DNA of 64,000 bases from Lama guanicoe (taxonomy: Eukaryota). The position numbers and the translations under genes are program-made. Under the pieces are notes generated by a model. It searched no databases. It was not told the DNA's origin and saw only the letters and a program-made list of their open reading frames with translations. Shown here piece after piece: positions 54,181 to 64,000 of this stretch. The DNA is taken from assembly GCA_013239625.1 (NCBI GenBank), contig MU053629.1:468676-532675 (forward strand), read 5' to 3'. The first letter of the stretch is position 1. The number at the start of each line of letters is the position of its first letter.

Positions 54181-57100
54181 TTATATGTGTTTTGCCTTGT
54201 GAAAAAGCTCTTAATTTCCATCCTTTTTCTTGTTTCTCTCCTGACCACTGACTGATAGCCATGAGCTCATCAGCACTGGCCTAGGGACCGGTGTTTGGGA
54301 AATACTGGGGTGCGGCACTGCTAAGGGCTTGTCTACCTCTAAAACTGTATCATTCTTCTGAGGAAAGGAAAGGTACTCTATTTATACATCCGCTATTTCC
54401 AGAAAATGCTGTGACAGCTAGCATGGCTGAACAAAGAGAAGTCAGAGGTCAAACAAAAGACAGGGTATTGTTCTGCTGGGAAACCCAAATAAAAATGGCT
54501 CATCCACGTGAAGGTTAAATTTAGCTGTGAGCCACCTTGCAGTCAATGTAAAAATGAAAACATGACAGCATGTTGAGTTGTCTGTTAAAATGTACAGAAT
54601 CCCCCCTTCACACTACTATAGGCAGCCTCTGCCCGGGTGGTATTTGACAGATAAGTGTCTGCTTGCCGCGTGGGGATGCTGAGAGCTAGCAGTCAGGTGG
54701 CCTCAATGACTAACTCCAGGGACATAAATGCAAATGCCAAGTGTGAGGCATGCCAGGTTGGGTGGGCGCCAAGGATATGGGCAAGAGTTATGAGCTGAGG
54801 ACGGTTGGGTGAGATGCACACAGGATAGGGAAGAGTAAAGGAGCTGGTCTGCCCTGGGCTCATCTGGGTGTCTTGGCACGGATGTTGTCCTTTGAGGATC
54901 TGCAGGTGGCACTAGGTGGGCCAGTCTGGCTGAGGGCTCAGTGGACGGGAAGCAAGTCAGATGAATGCCTTTCCCGTGCAGTTCACATTTCAGATCCGAC
55001 AGCCATGTGCCACATGGGTTCTTATGCCATGGGTCCATAGAGAATGGAAGAATACACTTCCTGTTTACCTCTCCTTGGGATGTGGGGCTGTGTTTGAGGG
55101 GTAGGACGGGTGGAGGACAGAGGCAATAATGGACTGAGTTAATAGGACAGTAAGACAGTGTGACAGAGGAGCAACAGTTCCACCTGTTTCAAGACGCCTG
55201 CCTGGCCCTGACTGCCTCTCAAAGTTCTGTGATGTCGTACCATGGTCTTTGTTGACTGCAGCATGGTGGTTCAGTTCTCTTGAGTCCCACCCCCGCCCCT
55301 CGTGAGTTCTGGCTTTCCTATGTTTTAACATTCCTGTTTTCTGGGAAACGTAAATGAAATTGGACAGACTTACCTGGTTGTTTTCCCTTCTGTCAGCCCA
55401 ACGCTTGGTTTACTGCCTGATTTGTATGCTTCGATTGGATTGCTTCCACTCCAGGGATATTTATTTCCCTGCCCTTTCTTAGGAAAAAAAGCTCTATCAA
55501 ATAACAGTGATGATCACAGCAGAAACATTTATCTTAAACTTATAGGAATACGAGAGATGATCTGAAATGTTGACGTTTCTGGGAGTGTCTAAAGTCATGA
55601 ATCAATGCCGGCAGGAACTTTTGACATAAATGAGGAAGTAGAATTTCTTTAAAGGATCTGGGAGAGTCCAAGTTTGAATAAAATGTAAAGAATGAACAAT
55701 GTAATCGATCAATCATGTTCTGAGCCTTTCAGGAGGCCAGGCCATGCTGGGTCAGATGTTGTAAGGATGAGTAGTTGAAAATTTGAGACAGCCGTGTATC
55801 ACAGGAGTAAATGTGGTGCTTTAAAGGGCTGCAAGCGTGAGACAGAGAGGAGAGAGATTGATGGAGAATAAATTCAGGGTAGCACGTGGTAAATGATTTG
55901 CTTAGTGTGGAACTTAACGACTCATGGTATATTCCAGATCTGAGAATAAATGCGATATTCTGAACTTATCTCCATTTTCCCTCCAGGCTGGTAAGAAAAA
56001 TATTTTAAAACCGATTTTAAATGAAAAACATTGTTTTTGGCTCTCTGGGGATTTTTAGTTCCCAGTGCTATTTAGGGAGGGTATTGAATCTGTAAAATTC
56101 AAAGCGGGATCTGTATAGCTCTTTGTTACTCCGTATCAGTCACTTCCAAGGCTGTGATGTCAGAAAAGATAAGTTGTTCCTATGTTTGCTTTTCTTCATT
56201 AAAAATGCAGTCTGTTATGCACTCTTGTCTCCCTGCCATCCTCCATTAGCCAGATTCTCTGGATGACTCTGCTTGTTGACTGTAGGCATTGCCACTTGCC
56301 ACCCTCTGTGGGCTCCCTGAGTGGCTGGGAGTCTTAATTAGCATCATCTCGTTGATCAGGGTTTCCAGCCATGTGGTGGGGTGCTGATTCTGCTGTCTGT
56401 ACTTGGTCAGTGTTTCCAACAACAACAACAATCTCCAGATTGTTTTTTGTAATTAAACTTAATGCATGGGTGTTGTAGAGTGTGCTGTTTCTTTAAGATC
56501 TTTGGCTAATTATGCACAGCAGTTAATTTCTCTCAAAGTTAAAAAAAGCCCTTCTGGAGAACTCAAGCTTTGAGCCTTTTCTGTCTAAGAACTGATTGGA
56601 TTTATGGACTCGAAGGCTCTGGAATACCTGCATTTAACTATTCTCCTATAGGATGTGAACCTTGAAAGACGACTTTTTTTTAGCTGTTAAGTCCCATATT
56701 TTGAAGATCTGAAATGACCATCACAGCCTTTCTGTTCTGTTTACAACAAAGCAGAATTGGACAGCTTTCCAGAACCATGAAATAACTAGTGCACTTGCAG
56801 AGTTTTAAACATGACTTTGCTAAGATTTAAAAAAAGTAAACACACGGTAAGGCCAGCTGCAATCTTCTCAACACACCACTGTAAGGCCTGGTAGATGTGG
56901 AGGAAAATCCTCCTGCTGTGATCTAAACAATGGTCTCATAGAGGATCTTTCATTTAAAACAAAAAAATTCAAAGTAATGCATGCAAATAGCTAAAAATAG
57001 AAAACACTATAGAAAGCTTTTAATGGAAAGAACAAGTTATCTTACTTGCTCTATTCCTTCACTTACGAGCCTTTCTTCTTAGAAGCAGCCACTTTTTTCC

Positions 57101-59005
57101 CCTCTGCAGATCGTTTTTGCAGCTTTTGGTGATTTCCACATGTATAACTATATTGCTTGCAGCACCATTTCTCCCTGTGTCAGTTTTAGAAGCAGTTTCT
57201 TGGAGTCTTGCGATCACTGATTAGCTTGCTCTGACCGTCTGCATCTCCCTCCCTCTTGACGGCTGATTCATGCTTTCGGTCCTCCTGCTGTACCCTCAGA
57301 TGGCCCCTGCGGCCTCTTCCATACTTACTCTGTCTCCTAGAGACACTATTTCTTGTCCACCACCCTTCTCCCACCCGGCCTTTCCATTTCGGGGAGCTGT
57401 ACCTTTTAAATGTATATGCTCGGAGTTGATAATAATTATATTCTGTTCTTTAATCCCAGTAAGGGCTTCCATGATTTACCTGTAACTTGACTGCGAATGT
57501 TAAAACCAAGAAGCAGCATTTTCTCTGTTGTAATTAGGTGGCTGCCGTTCCCATGGCAGCCAGGTTGCGTGGAGGGCCGATATTCCTTCCTGTCTCAGCC
57601 TGCCGTCCTTACACCGAGGCCCCCTCCATGCAGACTTGAGTGGGTTCTGCCTTTCACATGGCACCAGCTGTCTTGAATGCAGCCTCAAGTTTTCCTAGAC
57701 TCAGGCTTCCCATCTCTCCTGGGCACCCACTATATTTTTGGAGGTCTCACTCCCACAGCACCCCATCCTCCACCTTTCAATGAGAACAGTGTGGTCTCTG
57801 TGTGTCTCTACGCCCGTGCTGATGGCCAGAAGTTTGTTCCCACTGTTGGAAACACAGCTTCAGGGTCTGGTGTCTCAGAAGGGACAATAGTCTGGTCTTT
57901 GAAATTAGCCACCATCTAATGAGGACCCATCGTGTTAGGTACCCAGGGACTAGAGGCTTGGTGTCTGTTGATAGCCTCACACCAGCCCCAGGGAACAGAT
58001 GTTACTACTTGACATTTTGTACATACAGGAGTTGAGCTTCTGAATGAGAAACCTCGAAGGTCTCCCCTGGGAAGTGCCTCTTAGATCCTGGGACAGGCTG
58101 GGGACCTGGTGCCAGCGGAAGTTGTGTAGGCTAGAGAAGACTTCTGTCTCTGAGCTGTCTTGCATGCTTTCTGCAGCCAACCTCCATCCTCCTCCCAGAA
58201 AGTCCTGCTGCTCCAGGAGAATGTGCACTGCTCTGGTCCCCAGCCTCAGCCTTGCTGTGGGCACACTGTGTGGCCACGAGCTGCTCATACGCAATGGCTG
58301 GAAATGGCATATCCTTCCTGACTGAGGTTCCCTTTGTGAGTCTGAAGTGAGAAAGAGGGCTTCATACTCAGCCCCGCTGGTGAGTTGGAAAGGCGCTTTG
58401 TCAGTGGTGGTGGCTGATCTGGCACCTGAAGTCTGTGCCCTTCGTTTAGTCCTGAAGTCCTTCATTTAGCGACCTCAGTGTAAGCTGTGTTTTGGTAGTT
58501 GTTTTAGGAAGACAGGAAGGCAATCAGGTTTTACTCTGAACACTTTATTTTCTCTCATGAATGCAGTAGTCTGCACGAATCTTCCGTTATAACTGTGTTT
58601 AGTGAGTTACTGTTGTGATAATGACCAGCTGGATGGCGGCTGGGTCCCTCACACCGTGCTGGCATTCTCCCCTCTCCGGGCTGCCGGCTTTCCTCACTTT
58701 GAAGATCCCAGGTGGAGCCTTGGCAGTGGAACCAGCAGTCTCTCCACTGTCGACCGGGGGGCTGGTCATCTGCTTTCTGAGCGACAGGTCGGTGACTGTC
58801 CGTGGAATTCCTCCTTGTTCCTCTGTTAGGTCAAGGCGGTGGCTTTAACGTGGGCTACTCGGTGGGATTTGTTCTCCAAACATCTTGACCTATTATGTTT
58901 ATGCCCCCAAATAAGTACTGAATGGAAAGGAAATCTTGATAGCCTTGCCTCGTTTAGTTACAGAGGGGCTATCTGGGGTTAGTGAAATCCAGACTGGACG
59001 AACAT

Positions 59006-59140
59006 CTGTAGTCAGCTCAGCTGACCGTGCTCGTCTCCCTGTGTGCGCCCAGTGTGCAGAGGCTGCAGACAGCAGCCTCTTCAGTAGTATATGCAGCCTG
59101 TTTTCTGTATGGGTTGCTCTCGTCGACCTTGGAGACAGCC
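59006..59140 (+). ncRNA. SNORA70: Retroposed copy of H/ACA box snoRNA SNORA70 (U70)
   Basis: 135 nt. The 5' stem CTGTAGTC (59006-13) pairs with GGCTGCAG (59061-68). H box ACAGCA (ANANNA) at 59069-74. The 3' hairpin upper stem is GCAGCCTGT...ATGGGTTGC. ACA box at 59135-37 lies 3 nt from the end. It matches recalled SNORA70 motifs (CCCAGTGTGC, GCAGCCTGTT, TGTATGGGTTGCTCT, GACCTTGGAGACAG) and is directly followed by RPL10 sequence, its known host gene. Confidence 0.9.
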
Positions 59141-59183
59141 CTTCCCAGCGGACATTCAGGCCCGGATGCCGTCCCCATCTTAG
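59141..59183 (+). other. Retained 3' part of the RPL10 snoRNA-host intron with 3' splice site
   Basis: 43 nt ending in ...CCGTCCCCATCTTAG immediately before GCTCCAG, where RPL10 homology begins (R-L-Q of DRLQTGMR). Confidence 0.8.
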
Positions 59184-59583
59184 GCTCCAGCCAGGTATGC
59201 GCAGTGCATTTAGGAAGCCCCAGGGCGCAGTGGCCAGGGTCCACACTGGCCAAGTCATCATGTCCATTCGCTCCAAGCTGCAGAACAAGGAGCAGGTGAT
59301 TGAGGCCCTAGGCAGGGCCAAGTTCAAGTTTCCCAGCCACCAGAAGATCCACGTCTCCAAGAAGTGGGGATTTCCCAAGTTTAATGCAGATGAATTTGAA
59401 GACAAGACAGAGAAGCAGCTCATCCCAGATGACTGTGGGGTCAAATACATCCCTCATTGTGGCCCCCTGGAGAAATTGCGGGCCCTGCACTCGTGAGAGC
59501 CTTGGCGCTGTCCCCTCCTTCACTCAGGCCCACCAATAAATCCTACTTTCCTGTCCAAAAAAAAAAAAAGGAAAAAAGAAAAA
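59184..59583 (+). pseudogene. RPL10: Partial processed pseudogene of 60S ribosomal protein L10 (uL16), C-terminal half plus 3'UTR and poly(A)
   Basis: Translation [63 protein letters not shown]...[11 protein letters not shown] matches the RPL10 C-terminus, with about 20 substitutions and a one-codon deletion versus the recalled human protein. There is no intron at CAGAAG|ATC (59346/59347). Stop at 59494-96, AATAAA at 59535-40, A-tail from 59557. Confidence 0.95.
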
Positions 59584-61466
59584 TGAATAGATAGGGATAA
59601 ATCTTTACCTTGTTGCTTTGGTAACCAAAGGCGAGTCTCCACATTTAAATTAGATAGCATTAAGCTGTCCAAGATTCCCCTGACATCATCTTGCTGTGAT
59701 TAATTCTGGCTTGGCAATTTGTGACTTTTATCTTGATTGATTGTAAGGATAGGAAAGAGTGCTAAGCAGAGTTGTAATCTGTGTGAGACATTTTTGGTTC
59801 CATTATACAAAGATCACTCATCTTCACAGTTTTATAGTTAAGTGATACTTGGGCAAAAGTGACTTAGGGGGAAAAATCCTTTGGGACAACTTAAATCTTG
59901 GTCAGACTTTAACCTAGGAATGTAGCTTTTAGAAGGCAGGGATAGAACCCAACCCTTCAGCAAGAGAAGGAAATAAGTAACATTTAAAAAGTCATTTTTT
60001 TTAATTACCTGATTCTAAACATCCCCCAAGTCCATTATATATTCTTCCGTTTATTTACCTCTCAGGAGCGAAGAATGACTCAATCTCCGCTGCAGGAGGA
60101 CTTTTGGCTCCAGGCGTCTGGGTCGTGCAGGATTCTCAGTTCATTTTGCTGTCCCTTTGGAGAGTTTAATGCAGGCATGGGGGACAAGCTGTGGGGAAGT
60201 GAGGCTCTTGTCCTCCCTGGTGGCCACTGTTCGCAGAAATTTGGATTCAGAGGAAATGTGTTCAGTACTCTGAACTAGGAAGGACAGAAATAAAACTTGG
60301 CTCTGGAGCATATAATGAGGCTGTTCTGTTTGGTCTGCAAGTTTCCAGGAAGAACACAGTGCAGAGGTGTCTTTGACAAATGTGCAGCAAGAGAGAGTAA
60401 GTTCAGAGGAAGAAGCAGAGACTTCTAATAGGGTAGAGTAGGCTTCCAAGAGAAAGGAGAATTTATTTCCGGGTTAATTGGTGTACGGGCTGCTCATAGT
60501 GGAGAAGACTGTAAACAGCAGCGGATTGAACAAGATAGCAGTTTATTTTCTCTTGATTAGAATGAAGGTCAGAGGTGGGTCCGCAGCTCCCAGTGCTTGG
60601 GCTCCTTCCAGGATGAGGAAATGTCACACCTTACTTGGGGGTGAACGTCTGCATTCAGCACTTAGGGCCAGAATCCTTTATAGACAGACTTACTCTTGAA
60701 CATCCCTTAGGAAGTTGCCACATTAGATGCCCGAATCCTAGCTCCCGGTCAGTCTAGCACAGCTTAGCGGGTTTTTCTCCAAGCATTGGACTGGCTTGCA
60801 GCTAAGTAGTTGGCTCCCATGTTTAAGGGCCATGTTGTAAACAGTAGAATTACTCTCAGCATCCAGATAGGACCCCAAGAGGCACTTAGAAACTGAACAA
60901 GCCCAGGCAACCATAAGTTCCTCCCTCCCCCCGCCACGGTCATTCTGGGGCTTATGGGCTCCCTGAGAGAAATGGGAGTGGAGTTGCCAGCCAGACTGAT
61001 TTATTCATATCTTTCTATTATGGAAACTTTCAAACATACCCAGAAGTGAAGAGAATTGTATAGTGAACCATGTGCCCATCACTCGGGTTCAATGATGATT
61101 AATTCTTAGCTAGTCTTACTTCATGCATACCCTTCTTTCTCTCACCAATTACTTTGAAGCACATTTTGCTATTTTTCCTCTATGTCTCTACAAGATAGGA
61201 TTTAAAAACATTTCTATGAAACCTTATCATACCAAAAACATGAACATCACCAATACCTCCTTTCTATCATTAAATAGCAAATTAATGTTCGCATTGCCTC
61301 AACTGTCTTATTCTTTTTTTTTTATTTCTTTGAATTAGGATCCAAATAAGGTTTACATATTGCAGTTGATTGACATGTCTGTAATCCCCTTCTAATCTGT
61401 AGGTCACCATTCCACCTTTTAACCCCCTTGTGATTTATTTAAGAAACTGGGTTGTTTGTCCATTAC

Positions 61467-61672
61467 AGCAGAGATTCTCCAGGGGGCATGGTCCCTCCCC
61501 CCATCACTTGACACCATCTGGAGACAATTCTTGTTGTCACAGGTGGGGATGCTGCTGGCATCTGGTGGGCAGAGGCCAAGGATGCTGCTAGAAGGCCTAT
61601 AATGCACAAATCAGCCCCCATCACAGAGCTATGTGGTCGAAAATGTCGGTAGTGCTAAGGTTGAAAACTATG
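61467..61672 (-). mobile_element. MER20 (hAT-Charlie DNA transposon)
   Basis: TCTGGAGACAATTCTTGTTGTCAC...GCTGCTGGCATCTGGTGGGCAGAGGCCAAGGATGCTGCT...AAAATGTCGGTAGTGCTAAGGTTGA is the reverse of MER20; it also resembles the other MER20 copies in this window. Confidence 0.85.
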
Positions 61673-61918
61673 CTGTGGACTTTTCTACAGCCTGGGTTTT
61701 GATGATTGCTTCCCCCGTGGTGCCATTTAACATGTTCTTCTGTTCCTTGTGTTTTCTGTAATTTGTTCGTTAAATCTTGAGTTTTGGTTAGGTGCATATA
61801 TGGGCTTTTGTTCTATTTGGTGAGACAGCATCATAGGCTGTGGATTTTCATTTAGAAATATGTGGTAGCCTCTTTCTGTGATATTATTCATTATTGATAA
61901 TAAGTGCCTGTGTCTTTA

Positions 61919-62924
61919 GTTTTTTTTTAAACTTTTATACAATTTTTAAAGGTTAATTTCCATTTACAGTTATTACCTAATATTGGCTATATTCCCCATG
62001 TGGTACAATATATCCTTCAGCCTGTCTTACACCCAACAGTTTGTACCTCTGACTTCCCCACTCCTATATTGCCCCTTCACCTCCCCCAGTGGTAATGATT
62101 AGTTTGTTCTCTGTGAGTCTGCCTTTTTTTTGGGTTATATTCACCAGTTTTTGTCTTTTTTAGATTCCACATATAAGTGGTATCATGCAAAGTGTCTGTC
62201 TTTCTCTGACTTATTCACTTAGGACGATGGCCTCCAAGTTCATCTATGTTGTTACAAATGGCAAATTTTCATTCTTTTTTATGGCTGAGTAGTATTCCTG
62301 TGTGTGTGTGTATGTGTGTGTGTGTACACCACATCTTTTTTATCCATTCTTCTGATGGACACTTAGGTTGCTTCCTTATCTTGGCAATTGTCCATAATGC
62401 TGCTATGAACATTGGGGTGGATATACCTTTTCAAATTAGTGTGTTTTGTTTTTTGTTTTGATATGTACCCAGGAGTGGAATTGCTGAGTCATATGGTAGT
62501 CCTAGTTTTAGTTTTTTGAGGAATCTCCATATTTTCCATAGTGGCTGCACCAACTTACATTCCCACCAACAGTGTACAAGAGTTCCCCTGCGATCTATTG
62601 AAAGTCAGCCCTTGACACAAGGGTTTGTAAAATAACGAAGATAAGATTGAGGTAAAATAATAGAAAAAAAAAAAAAGATAAGAGCTCCCTTTGCTCCACG
62701 TCCTCCCAATATTTGTTATTTGTGGTCTGTTTGGTGATGGCCATTCTTACAGGTGTGAGGTCATCACGGTTTTGCTTTGCATTTCCCTGATAATGAGCGA
62801 TGTTCAGCATCTTTTCATGTGCCTGATGACTATGTGCATTTCTCCTTTGGAAACAATGTCTGTTCAGTTCTTCTGCCCATTTTTTAATTGGGTCTTTTTT
62901 TTTTTTTGATATTGAGTTGTATTG
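61919..62924 (-). mobile_element. 5'-truncated L1 LINE (3' end of ORF2 and 3'UTR), relatively young, interrupted by the 28S fragment
   Basis: Poly-T at about 61920. Classic antisense L1 motifs (GATTCCACATATAAGTG, GCTGCTATGAACATTGGGGTG, ACATTCCCACCAACAGTGT). The minus-strand ORF has ORF2 C-terminal-like text (PIKKWAEELNRH, LTPVRMA). Exact 11-bp TSD CTGTGTCTTTA at 61908-18 and 62925-35. Confidence 0.88.
62588..62679 (+). mobile_element. Retroposed 28S rRNA 3'-terminal fragment with A-rich tail (SINE28-like)
   Basis: CTGCGATCTATTGAAAGTCAGCCCTTGACACAAGGGTTTGT (62588-62628) equals the recalled last 41 nt of mammalian 28S rRNA with one CpG>TpG change. A-rich tail at 62629-62679. TSD AAGAGTTCCC (62578-87) / AAGAGCTCCC (62680-89). 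Confidence 0.9.
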
Positions 62925-64000
62925 CTGTGTCTTTAATTCAGTAGTGATTGTAAAATAGTCATATGCCAAATCGATCATTCTTTCCTTGTTTATATATGAG
63001 AATACTTACATAAAAAGGAATTTAATCACAACTACTTGTTTACTCTGAGCTTCACATAGGGAAGTCAGGATAAATGCTTGAGACTTTGCCTTTATTTTCA
63101 AAACAGTGACTTCCCTGGCAGCATCGTCTAGAAGTACATCTGAGGTTTTATTTTGGGGGAGCTTGTTTTCTTCTTTTGCACTGTTTAGTGTAGCTGACAT
63201 GTTTCAATTTAATATTCTTATTGATACTAAAAGTCTCCATATTTGGTCAGTGGAAACTAATTCAAGTTGACCGGTGGAAACTTAATTACTGCATCCTTTT
63301 GACATGACTTGTATTTTTGTATTTTTGTGTCCTTCCTGGTATGACACAATGTTACTGGCTTGTCTTATCCATTTTGTGCTCCAGACTCGATCCACTACTT
63401 CTCTGAGGAGCCCTGGTTCCTTTGAGTTTTTAGAAGGCATGTTGTAGAAACTAGGAATATTTATTACTATGGGTTTATTGTTATTCCTAAATCCTCTCAG
63501 TGAACTGAACTAGGAAATAGGTATGCATGTATGTGTATATTGTGTCTGTGTGTTTGTGTATATTGTGTCTGTATGTTTGTATGTGTGTGTGTGTACAGAG
63601 ATAAAACCAATTATTAATTCATACTAATATTGCCAAGTGAAATTCCGGGTTATAAGGTCTTTACTTAGCTTCATCAACTTTATATCTATAGCCTTTTATC
63701 CACCCGGAAATTCCAGTCCACTGATACCACCATGTTTTTTCATCTGCTTTGTCTCATGCTATATACACAACAGACTGTATTTTAAAGACATTTGGGATAG
63801 TTCTTTGTGATTGTGCCACCAGCTGGATACATAGTTAGGTTCATTGGTTTCATTTTTGTTTGTTTGTTTTTGGAGTTCCTTTTTTCAAATTCAACTTAGA
63901 TAATGTTGCACAATATTGTCAAGGTTTCCAAGTCTCACCCGTGACATAGGGCTTGCATATTCAGAGGTGTTTGCTTTTGCCTCAGTCCCTTCTCCGTCTT

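Larger units (their letters stand above)
61000..63950 (-). mobile_element. Old L1 (L1MC-like) 3' region fragmented by MER20 and a younger L1
   Basis: Antisense L1M 3'-end motifs: GAAACTTTCAAACATAC..AGAAGTGAAGAGAATTGTATAGTGAAC, GGATCCAAATAAGG, TTCTCTGAGGAGCCCTGGTTCCTTT. Confidence 0.6.

Noticed and set aside
58936..59496. 186-aa ORF as a real RPL10-like gene with a novel N-terminus
   Set aside because: It starts at TTG. The N-terminal part is flank, snoRNA and intron read through by chance, the N-terminal half of RPL10 is missing, and conserved residues are mutated.
62588..62628. rRNA gene
   Set aside because: Only 41 nt, with an A-tail and TSD inside an L1; not an rDNA unit.
1..64000. CRISPR arrays, operons or other prokaryotic systems
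   Set aside because: The sequence is clearly mammalian, with no regularly spaced repeat-spacer arrays and no gene-dense coding structure.

Overview
This is 64 kb of mammalian non-coding DNA with no intact protein-coding gene that I can support. It is probably camelid, based on four Vic-1-like tRNA-derived SINEs. It looks like part of a large intron of an unidentified gene transcribed on the + strand. It is dominated by eutherian repeats (L1, L2, MIR, MER5/MER20/MER33/MER82, MLT-like LTRs) and microsatellites. Two RNA-derived insertions stand out. (1) At 59006-59583 is a retrocopy of an unusual RPL10 processing intermediate: a full-length H/ACA snoRNA SNORA70 (U70), the rest of its host intron with the 3' splice site, the two last RPL10 exons already spliced, AATAAA and poly(A). 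It is a fossil of a snoRNA-ended polyadenylated RNA, inserted in sense to the inferred host gene. (2) At 62588-62679 is a retroposed 3' terminus of 28S rRNA with an A-rich tail and TSD (SINE28-like), nested in a TSD-flanked L1 that itself sits in an older L1. Both classes of element are known in mammals; I cannot tell whether these particular copies have been described. Repeat family names and reference-sequence comparisons come from recall, not from a search, and boundaries of old repeats are approximate.
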